Assembly (NCBI GenBank): GCA_964187785.1
Contig: OZ076409.1
Span: 64,172,001-64,232,000, forward strand
Length of the DNA: 60,000 nucleotides
Source: Amphiscolops sp. MND2022
Taxonomy: Eukaryota
Reading direction: 5' to 3'
Shown: piece by piece, positions 1 through 10,000 of the stretch
How positions within the stretch are numbered: position 1 is the stretch's first letter
How the letters are laid out: each line of letters opens with the position of its first letter
Made by a program: the position numbers and the translations under genes
Notes under the pieces: model-generated
What the model was told of the DNA's origin: nothing
Seen by the model: only the letters and a program-made list of their open reading frames with translations
Databases searched by the model: none

Positions 1-1507
1 ACCCACGTGCCTGGTAGAACGAAGAGTTAGAACACTGAAGGAAGAAAGTCTCCTAACGAACACAAAAGCAGGCGAACGGTTCGGAAAAGCCTTAGATTTA
101 TCTTTAGATGTAATGAGAAAAACACCCCATACAAGATTTAAAAATCGGCATTCGAATTTCATTACGGTCGGGAATCAAACACGGAAGTTAGTAATCTGCT
201 AAACCTGGACATCTTGAAGGATCTAACAAAAAAAATCCATTTCAGCGAAACCTGGTTTTTTACAGGTATATTTGTTCATCGTAGTTGGCGTTGTTTCTGA
301 GCAGCTACTGATGAAGTCAAAGAAAAACGATAACGGAGTTTGTAATTACACCTTCCTTTTCTTAGAAAAAACACCAGAAACCTAAATTCGAATGTGCCTA
401 CTCTGATGAACTAAATATAGCTATTTCGGGAACGAAACATACTGTAACTACACCGAATGGTAGAACTATACATAGGGAATGTATTAGTAAACCAATTACT
501 GATTGTGATCAAGACTGTAACAACAACAGAGGAACCGGACTGAGAGGACCAGACGGCCGGTTTACAAAATCACCATCAAAACAGAACAAGGTGTACGTAA
601 TCGTATCGGACAACGAACCCGAGACATCCCACCAGAGAAAAGCAGTCCGACGGTACCGGAGCAAACAGACAGCACCACGGTCAAAAAGAGCACGTTTTGC
701 CGAGGCAGACCGAAGCTAATAAGAGACCGGCTGAGGTTAAACTCCACCCAGAGCTCACCGGGCAAAGCGGACAACACCGGCCCGCTCACCATAACCATCG
801 CCAACAAGACATACACGGAGGTCGACCGTGCCATCGATGACGCTAGGCAAGCAAATGAAAAGCTTTATATCAGAGACGACAACGGTAAGGTGTTTAAAAA
901 TCTCACTTCTTTCCCTGACACGGGGAAGAGAATAGCTTTAAAAACTCCAAACTAGATCTGGCTAGCAACCTGAGCTTTAGTACTGAATTAGAAGCAGACA
1001 CTAAACATGAGGAAGAAAAAATAGTATGCAGATCACAACCGCCAACAAAAACTAATGCAATTGTTAGATATATTAACCCTATTTGTCATAATTTTATGAA
1101 ACACCGTAGAAAGGCTGAAATTGGGAATAACACTGGTCAGACGGACATGGAGACAAACAGCCCCAACTAACCCAAACAGCAGACAACAACTTGACGTCAC
1201 GGGCAGATGCCCACCGTGACAACCATAAAAGCAAGGATCGGTCGCACGTTCTCAAACCAATGGACCATTGAATGAGTCACAACCATACACAAACTACACA
1301 GAGCCCCATTGGTCGAACAACAGCCAATAGTGAGGGGGGAAGGCAGAGGACTCAGACAATTTATATTGTGCTATTTTATTTATACGATAGTCTTTTATTA
1401 AATACCTGCCCACATAGTGCAGATGATACATTGATCATAAAGAGTCAGAACGAAATAAAGTACTATTGAGTTTCAGTGAAATGATCTCTTTTATCAATGA
1501 GCTACAA
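1..1507 (+). mobile_element. Possible degenerate 3' remnant of a retrotransposon (decayed coding tail, PPT-like tract, short LTR-like end)
   Basis: A-rich broken reading frames (e.g. AYSDELNIAISGTKHTVTTPNGRTIHRECISKPI near 394-500), purine tract GAGGGGGGAAGG at ~1332-1343, AATAAA ~1454. No diagnostic catalytic motif seen. Confidence 0.25.
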
Positions 1508-1564
1508 TACAACAATATACATTGAGAAAACCTGATATCAGATGAAAAATGAGGACTTGGAATA

Positions 1565-2307
1565 GTTTCATAGTGCCGAAGAAAACGCAAAAGGATGATT
1601 CTTTAGTGTCGTCCGGTTTTGTATGTTACATTTAAAAAGAGAAAAATTAAAGGGACTCTTTGGTCTACTTTTTCTTTCCTTTCCGATATATTCGTTTAGC
1701 TGAACAAATTGTACAAAACATTGAGACTTTCGTTGAAATCGAACCTCTCTTGAAGAACATACTTTTTGGATAAAAACCAGTGACTGCAAAAGCCGGGTAT
1801 TTTTACTCCGAAAATGTCGACTAAAAAGCAGCAGTCCAATTGTACCTGCTACAACAAAACGTTCTTTTTGGATCGGACCAAGTTAACGTCAGAATACCGA
1901 TGCACAGTTTCTTTTTATGGCTCTACTAATGAGAATAAAATGTCAGATTGAAACTTTGTGCTTTCTCCAAAGAATCCCCCGCTGGAGTTGAAAAAATTGA
2001 CCACTTTCCGCATTGCACAAACGTTTGGAAAAACCCGGCTCAAAAGTATTTTCAATAGTGGTTTTTAGACCAAACAAGACAGGAACGTCTCAAGTCGGAG
2101 GTACATCTAAGGCTCGAAAAGCGCAGTTTTTAAAATAAGTATGAGACATTTTCGTGTAAACTTCTGTTTTCGAACCTCGCATCCTCCTGGATAAAACGCA
2201 ACATAATTCGGATATAACGTCAAAAGGTCGGTTATAGCGCTTTACTCCGGATCACGAGGGGAGGGGGTTTCAACAAAACCTCCGCATCCTCCTGGATAAA
2301 AGGCAAC
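1565..2307. repeat. Fragments of a dispersed non-coding repeat family (related pieces at 19332-19373, ~23440-23860, ~29240-29485)
   Basis: Shared motifs: AGTGCCGAAAAA-type units; AAACAAGACRGGAACGTCTMAAGTCGG...ATCTAAGG at ~2071 and ~19333; GTGACTG..AG.CGGG...C.ACT.AAA at ~1780 and ~29438; CCTC(C)GCATCCTCCTGGATAAAA.GCAAC twice (~2175, ~2279). Confidence 0.5.
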
Positions 2308-3973
2308 TGTCGCAGCCCCAAAGATGCGATGGGTCCGGAGTGCATCAGTGAAAGATAACCAACGACTTCGACAAACATTCTAAATACTGATATTTTTGTT
2401 TTTTTTTCTTTTCATTTTTATCAAGTCATGTAAATTCTAGGTATATTTTGTATATTTGGATCATTGTGAGATTTTCCTGAGCTGTTATTGAAAGATAATT
2501 CATGTAAGAAGGCGCTAAAATACATGGTTCATTACAAATATTAGCGTAAAACTCTCTATGCTATGAATTCCGTGCTTATTATGCGTCAATATGCCGTAAA
2601 TGTTGTGACGTATAAGCGTCAAAAGTCATTTTTAGAATAGTTTATATGCGTCATCATACGTAAACTTGACTCACGCATATGCGGCATTGTACGTTTTTAA
2701 CTACAAGACAATATACGTTTTCGGATAAACTGCATATGCGGCAATATGCGTTTTTACAATGCAATTATACACTGTTGAGCAGTTCTTATGTTATCGTATG
2801 TACGTCAACATGCGGTTTCCGCAGTGAAAGTATGAACGAATTGTGCAATATGGATTATGGAGTGTATGTGCTATTATGCGTTATTGAATGTTGATGCTTA
2901 CATGTTGTATACGCTATCCTGCAGTACAGGGAATACCGCATATACGTCATTATGCATTTTTAGCTGTACTCTCATCATTTTGAAGTCATGTAGCGATTAA
3001 TTCATCTAATGATACTTGAAACGTATTATACAGCGTCTAACCTTGTTTTCCTAGGATTTTCACGGTCCCTTGATAATATTTAGGGTGTCATTGTAGTGTG
3101 ATTTAAAGGATATAAATAGAATGATGTGATTTTGACGTTATACTGTTTTTAGCTCTTTAAATAATGATACCTGTAAATGTGATTGTCATCCTTTTTGTAT
3201 TTTTTGGAAAACTGAAGGGACCATTCATTCGAATTTTATCTCTCTCATCAAGCAGTTGCTCACTTTTCAACCTGGTCTTTTGAAAGCAGTCTTTTTGACT
3301 AACATTGTTTTATCTCCCGAATTGTCTTTAGATAATTCTTTTGAATAAATTCAAATTCTTCCCCAACAGCCAAAATATCGTTTTCCTTTGAGAAAGATGG
3401 GGAACAAAAGAAGTAGAAGGTCCAGGAGATTGGAGACCCCGTCTCCAGAAAGAGAACTCAATGAAACACAGGTAGAAACATCAACCCAAGGTAATATTAC
3501 TTTGACAAATGCCGAATCTAATATCCATGGAAACCTTGACAATGATGAACTTAGGAACCAATTGATTGAACCTAGCCAATTAAGCAATGAAATACAAGCG
3601 TGGACTGAGAATTTTGAACAAAAGAACAATGATAGAACAACAAAAATGAGAGAAGAAATGGAGAACAAACTAGATGCAATCCTGAAGGAGATAAAATCTA
3701 ATAAAAGTGTATCAACAGTAACAAACCCAAGATCTGAAATGGATGATATACAAAACATACAGCCTCCGGGACCCAAAACTAATAGGTCTATTGGAGTACA
3801 CGCATCTCACATCTATAACTCAGACTCAGAAAACGACGATTATCCTCTACAAGCTTCTAAAATGGGAGACCTGAAACATCCTGCTAAACCATTGTTCAGA
3901 TGCGAATCTGATGTAGATGTAACTATACATTCGGACGAAGAGTCCGACGCAGAGGAAGTGGAGGATTATCACA
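2308..3973 (+). repeat. 5' LTR of E1 (1666 bp)
   Basis: Starts TGTCGCAG, ends TTATCACA; matches 17180-18847 with scattered substitutions and two small indels. Confidence 0.95.
3111..3349 (+). promoter_or_regulatory. Putative LTR TATA box (TATAAATA 3111-3118) and poly(A) signal (AATAAA 3344-3349) bracketing R
   Basis: Same order TATA, AATAAA, gag ATG in the E2 LTR (42626, 42729, 42766). Confidence 0.5.
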
Positions 3974-5094
3974 TGGTGACAGGAGCTAACAAACATCTCC
4001 ATAGACAAAGTTCACAAAACTCCCAACCCTTAAACAATACCATTGGATCCCGCGCAGATCGACAAACATCAACAGCCATAAAAACACCTTCTGACCCAGT
4101 AAACCAAATTGCCCAAGCAATAGAGAAACTGGCAAACAAAAATGCATCACAATCACTGTTTCATCCAAAAAACACATTGACTTTCAATGGAAAAAATGAG
4201 AAAAATGAGAAATTCGAATACTTCGAAGACTTGTTCCACACTACCCTTCGTATGCAGCCAAATCTAACCGAGGAAATGAAAATTAATCACTTCCACGCTC
4301 ACCTTAGGGGTTTAGCCTTGAAAACCTTCAAAAACATACAAAGAACTCCAACCACAACCCTAGAGGACATCTTGAAGGTCTTCCGTAGAAAATATGTAAA
4401 ACCAGAATCCAGTGCTTCGGCAAAGCACCGATTTAACAGACTTTTCTTTGACCCCGAAAACCAAAAACTACCAGACTTCCTCGAAGAGCTCCAAGAAAGT
4501 GCTGAAAAAGCGTTTGGAGACAATGCACATCAGATGATAGAGAATTTACTCTATGCAAAGATGCCCCCTCACCTTAAAAAATCCATCAATCAAGCCTATC
4601 TTGAGAATGGGAGTTACGAACAGATCGTAAAACATCTCGAGAGAGAGATGGAACTAAACGGCTTGGAGGCAGACGAACCGTCGGTCAAGACCCAAATGAC
4701 CGTCACCAAAAAAGAACAAAAGACTGACAAACCGACCAAAAAACAAAATGAAAACCCTAAAACGCAAACCCCAAAAACAGTACCCAACAAGACACTTAAA
4801 AATGACCAATGCCGTTATTGCAAAGAGGCGGGCCACATGATGGCCGACTGCCCCAAATTAGCAAAACGGCGTAAACTTGAAGAAAATCCGGATGCAGAAA
4901 AATGTCAAAACTGCAACACACCCGGGCATGAAGAGGAAAACTGCTACTTTGGTGCCAATATGGAAAATCGTCCATCGAAATGGAACCTTACTGACGCTCA
5001 AAAGAAAGTCATCGAAGCTTATAAACAAGCTCGAAAACCTATTAAACCAAAAATAGAACGACCTCAACAATCCTCTTCCAAGGATTTAAACTAG
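3397..5094 (+). CDS. gag: Gag of E1, starting inside the 5' LTR
   Basis: Open from ATG 3397 through the LTR end and PBS (EDYH|MVTG). Capsid-like FNGKNEKNEKFEYFEDLFHT; knuckles CRYCKEAGHMMADC and CQNCNTPGHEEENC; homologous to E2 Gag. Confidence 0.9.
   Translation: MGNKRSRRSRRLETPSPERELNETQVETSTQGNITLTNAESNIHGNLDNDELRNQLIEPSQLSNEIQAWTENFEQKNNDRTTKMREEMENKLDAILKEIKSNKSVSTVTNPRSEMDDIQNIQPPGPKTNRSIGVHASHIYNSDSENDDYPLQASKMGDLKHPAKPLFRCESDVDVTIHSDEESDAEEVEDYHMVTGANKHLHRQSSQNSQPLNNTIGSRADRQTSTAIKTPSDPVNQIAQAIEKLANKNASQSLFHPKNTLTFNGKNEKNEKFEYFEDLFHTTLRMQPNLTEEMKINHFHAHLRGLALKTFKNIQRTPTTTLEDILKVFRRKYVKPESSASAKHRFNRLFFDPENQKLPDFLEELQESAEKAFGDNAHQMIENLLYAKMPPHLKKSINQAYLENGSYEQIVKHLEREMELNGLEADEPSVKTQMTVTKKEQKTDKPTKKQNENPKTQTPKTVPNKTLKNDQCRYCKEAGHMMADCPKLAKRRKLEENPDAEKCQNCNTPGHEEENCYFGANMENRPSKWNLTDAQKKVIEAYKQARKPIKPKIERPQQSSSKDLN
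3974..3982 (+). promoter_or_regulatory. Primer-binding site of E1 (TGGTGACAG)
   Basis: TGG immediately after the LTR terminal CA; identical 9-mer follows the E2 5' LTR. Resembles tRNA-Leu-type PBS (inference). Confidence 0.8.
5085..5091 (+). promoter_or_regulatory. -1 ribosomal frameshift slippery heptamer T TTA AAC at end of E1 gag
   Basis: X XXY YYZ in gag frame directly before TAG; the -1 frame reads KLETPRL..., matching E2 KLTSPRL. Confidence 0.7.
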
Positions 5095-8000
5095 AAACGC
5101 CACGCCTTAGCAATCGAAACGCCCAAATAACAGAAAAACCACAAGATGACTGGCAGCATCAAGTGGAAACCATAAATATACAACTCAAACAACTCACCAC
5201 AGAACCAGAATACACACCCCAAACACATAATCACTCCGACATCGATGAACCTCCACAGGAATCATACTATGAACTTATGAGAGATGCTCCTGATAAGTAT
5301 TTTTCAGACAATACTCAAACCCCCCCCTTTACCTACAGATAAACCACCAGCAAATGAACACCCGAGTACTTTTTCTTGCAATGAACAAAAACAACCCCTT
5401 CTAGATGAAGATATCCCAAACCACATCCAGTTTGATCAGGAACGCAACCTGTCATATCTACCTATGTCAACCTCGCTAACATTGAAACGAAAACGCCATA
5501 TGTACTATATGCCAATGGACTTCGAAAAACTCACACTTGACGGACTCATCGACACAGGAGCCCTGACTAGTGCAATCTCCGAACAAGACCTTAAAAAAAT
5601 CAAATTAATTGCAAATGAAGCAATAAAAGATACTGGCCCCCCACCAAACTTTCAAATTATGGTGGCTAACGGTCAATTAGAAGTACCCATCGGCACAGTT
5701 TTACTTGAATTCGAAGTGGCTGATTTCATGTTACGAGAAAATTTCATTATCATGAAAAACCTACCAAACCCACTCATTGGTCTCTGCTTTCTCCGCAGAA
5801 ACAATGCAGTTTTTGATGTCGCACAAGGCATCCTAACTTTCCCATACCTCTCAATGCAACTAAAACCAGATACGCAGGTAACAATGCGTCAAGCAACGCC
5901 TTTATTTGCTGAAAATACATACACACTACAACCAGGTGAAACCCTCGCCATAGCAAGCAGAATGCCCCACCTGTTAGACCATGATGCAACAGGAATAGTC
6001 ACACCTTCACCACAATTCGAAAGCCACGACAGCATTTTCATCACATCGTCACTTAGTACGGTTAACAATAATGCTATCGGGTACCAAATAGTCAACTTCT
6101 CAGAACTTCCATATACAATAGTTTGCGACACCCATTTAGCAGACTTCAAAATCCTCACACCAGAACAAATTAAACATATACAACCGGTAGATCCAGCGAT
6201 GTTGTCATTCATGATACAGCATGAAGAAACCACCGAAATCTACATAAATGAATTACTGAAAGTTCCTTCACAAAACCCCGAACAAGAGTCTTATTGGTTC
6301 CCAACACCAGAAGATCCAGGAGACCCTACAACCTATACCCCAATCCAACAACGAATCTACAATGAACTCCTTGAGCTTAAAGAACTCGAACAACTCAACC
6401 CACAAGAAAATGAAAAATCCAGGAAAACTTTCCTTTCGAATTTCGACTGGACCGACACAACGCTCAACCCAGAAGAACAGAAACAAATTGAAGAAATCCT
6501 CATTGAATTCCATGACATTTTTGCCAGACATCGATTCGACATTGGCACCAATCGTGAATTTAAGGTTAAGCTTACACCAAATGATGACCGACCAGCATAC
6601 AGTCAAAGTTTACCAACACCAATCAACCTTAAAGATGACATTACGGTAGAACTAGCACTTCTACACAAATATGGAATCATAACAACCCTACTTTTCTCAA
6701 AATACGCTAGTCCAATTTTTGCACAACGCAAACCGAACGGACGCCTCAGACTACTAGTGGATCTTAGAAAAATCAACAACTTAGTCACCGAAGACTACAT
6801 CAACAATAACCACCCGGTAAGCACATTATCGGATGCAGCACAACATATGGCAGGAAAGAAACTTTTCTGCAAATTAGACTGCTCCCAAGCTTACCACTGC
6901 CTCCAAATGGCAGACTACCAATCTATCCAGATGCTTGCTTTCAACTTCGCAAGCCGAACTTTTGCTTACCGCAGACTCGCTCAAGGGCTTAGCAGATCTC
7001 TTTCAGCCTTCTCAAGCTTCATGAGGGAGTACCTTGACAAGGCGATCAAGGCCGACCAATGGGCGATCAAGGACGAACAATTACACGCAAAGGCGTGGCC
7101 CCTCAAGCTGACAAAGTCAAAGATTTCTTATCGAAATTGAGATTCCCTAAATCCAAAAAAGCACTCCAAAGGTATATAGGATTCCTAAACTATTACCGCA
7201 ATTACATCCCGAGACTCTCTGAACGTCTCTCTCCATTCTTTAAACTCCTTAAAGAAACCTCCAAATTCTATATACCCACTAATTTGGTCGAAGATTTCAC
7301 CAACCTCAACAAACTTCTCATGCCAATTAGCATTGAGACAACCCCTTAAAGATAAACAACTCATAGTAATGTCTGATGCAAGCTTCACAGCAGCAGGATA
7401 TGCTATCATGATAGAAGATGATCCCAACCAAAAACTCCAGTCCAAACGCAAAACCTATGCACCCATAGCATTTGGTTCGAAAACATTCAACCCAACACAA
7501 ACAAAATTATCGATCTATGCGAAAGAATTCCTTTCCATCTACTTTGCTTTTGTCGAATTTGGACACCTTATGTGAGGGAGCACATTCCCCATCATAGTGT
7601 TCACAGACAACAGAGCGGTTACCCGCTTTTTTCAAGCAAAACTTATTCCTCCAGCACTCTGGAATGCATGTGATTATGTCTTGCAATACAATTTTGTCAT
7701 TGCCCACGTTGCTGGTTCAATGAACACTGCGGCGGATTTCCTGTCCAGAACGGAAGTCAAGCCAGTCGAAAAACTCGAAATGAGCATAAGAAACGATATA
7801 CAAACGAAAGCGATAGAAGTCAATATACAATCCTCAGGTATCGTAGAAGAAGAACAAATTTACATCCTCCCTGATGATGAATTTGATGAAAACAAACTTT
7901 GGGAGGAAAAACAAAACGTGAGAAATCAGGCTCAAACTGAAACTCACAATGACCCAGAAAACAATGTTACTGAACTTCAACAATTTTAAAAACCAACATC

Positions 8001-9813
8001 CGGCTTAAACACATGCTCTGAAGGACATTTCCGAGACAATGCCAGGATCAGACTCGAACAAAACAATGACATTGTTCTTAGAAATCTCAGAGCTAAAATC
8101 GAAGGAAACCCTTTCGATGAAAACGACTTGGCATCTGACTACAGATACCAACATTACCTCCAAAACATAACCAGAATTGAAATCAAGCAAGAGGTTCTTA
8201 CTCGCAAATACTACACAGACACTGGAACCACTTCGCATTACCAAATTCTGCTACCAACACAACTCCTAGAAGAACTACTTCAAGCCTTACATGGCCACAA
8301 CTCAAACCATCCAGGTATCACAAAGATGATACAAGAGGTGAGGCAGAAATACTACTACCCGTGTGTTGCAAAATACATTAAAAAATGGGTGACTAATTGT
8401 CAAACCTGCATACAAACCAAAAGGATCAATAAGGACCTCCTCAGGACCGAACTACTTAATTGCCCAGAATGGGACCTCGGCCCCGAAGACATTCTCCGAA
8501 TGGACATCCTACCAAACCTTCCACCCAGTGGTGGATACGACCACATTATAACAGCAATTGATGTTTTCTCGCGATACTTGTTTGCTTACCCAGTGACTCG
8601 TATAACTGCAACATCAGTCGCTCGAGTAATAATGGACATTTTATGCAAACATACATATCTTCCAACAACACTAATCACAGACCTTGGAACACAATTCAAT
8701 GCCCAAGTAACCCACGAAGTAACAGCAGTCCTAGGTGTTGAGATTAAACATGCAACAATGAAACACGCACAAACAATAGGACTCCTGGAAAGACCACATG
8801 CTCCAGTAAAAACCCAACTTAAAGCAGCAACTGGAGAATTCCGACATAACTGGCATAAATTTCTACCGTTAGCAGTTCTAAACCACATTACAACATATCA
8901 CGCATCGCTTGGTTGCGAGCCTTCACGAGTTTTTCACGGCCGCATACCACATAACATACTGGACTACAAGTTAGGATATAATCCTAATCCAAAATACCAG
9001 CCGCAAACTGATGTCGCAGAAGAAATACAACGAAGAATGCGAATATTACTAGACCAGACCAAAAAGAACATAATGCAATCCTAACTTAAATATAAAGCTT
9101 ATTATGATAGGAAGGCCAAGGCCTCACCGCTGGAAACAACGGACTACTGCTACATTCTTAATCCGAAGGCCGACACACAGGCAACGAAAATACCATTCCG
9201 TGAATTCAGATGGCAGGGTCCTTACAAGGTTGAAAAAGTCCTTCCTAACAACAATTACATAGTTAGGAGACTAGGAACAAACAAAACACAACTCTTACAC
9301 CGAATTCGGTTGAGGAAATTTACACCGCTCGCACCTTTAGCTGACATTTTTGTCCGAGAATCCGATTGGCAAAAAGATGATCAAATGCCAGTGGCTCACG
9401 ATGACTTATATGCTCAATCATGGAACACAAATTTTGGACCTAATCCCTTTGAGGACAGCCCTCCGGATCATACACAGAACACTGATGATATTGAATACGT
9501 ATCTGTTGATGCACCTGAAAATAACCACCCTCCCTCCCTCGAATTTCCAAAAAACAGTGGGGGGAGCCCAGTGGAACAGTCCACTGAACGCAAAGAAGAA
9601 AATTATGATGAAATCCAGCAAGAAAGCCAAGATAATGATACAGAAATCTCCCAAAAAACCCCAAAAGAAAAGACACCAGATACACAAACCCAAAAAACTC
9701 CAGAAAATTCACAAAATACCCCATTGCAAGAAGAACCCATAAATACTCGTGGTGAAAAATACAACTTACGCCCTAACCCTAACCCAAACTTCTCAGACTC
9801 TTACAGATATTAA
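5091..9813 (+). pseudogene. pol: Pol of E1 (protease, RT, RNase H, integrase), disrupted
   Basis: LIDTGA; RLLVDLRKIN, KLDCSQAY; MSDAS; HGHNSNHPG...CQTC; MDIL/TDLG/LLER. Lesions: probable +1 in the C-run ~5320, RT YVDD deleted ~7061, frameshift ~7320, stops at 7573, 7987, 9082. Confidence 0.93.
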
Positions 9814-10000
9814 AAAACTACAAACAAATAACACTTTTTCAATACCCCTCTTCAATTCGGGAGTCCTTGTTTTTTTTCTTTTCAACAAGCAAGTACGCTC
9901 CTGACAAATAAATAATGGAACGACTTACTAAATCACAAAGAAATACAAAATATGATACAAATAACTAAAGTTCAATCAAACAATAAGTTGAATTCCAACG

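Noticed and set aside
2679..2894. 71-73 aa ORF repeated in both E1 LTRs
   Set aside because: Repeated only because the LTR is duplicated; lies in motif-rich U3 with no counterpart in E2.
5890..6170. dUTPase between protease and RT (YTLQPGETLAI...)
   Set aside because: Only a vague beta-rich resemblance; the five conserved dUTPase motifs are not recognisable.
3351..9742. Numerous short minus-strand and alternative-frame ORFs over gag/pol (also over 42714-49067)
   Set aside because: Shadow frames of the real coding strand; no motifs and no conservation between E1 and E2.
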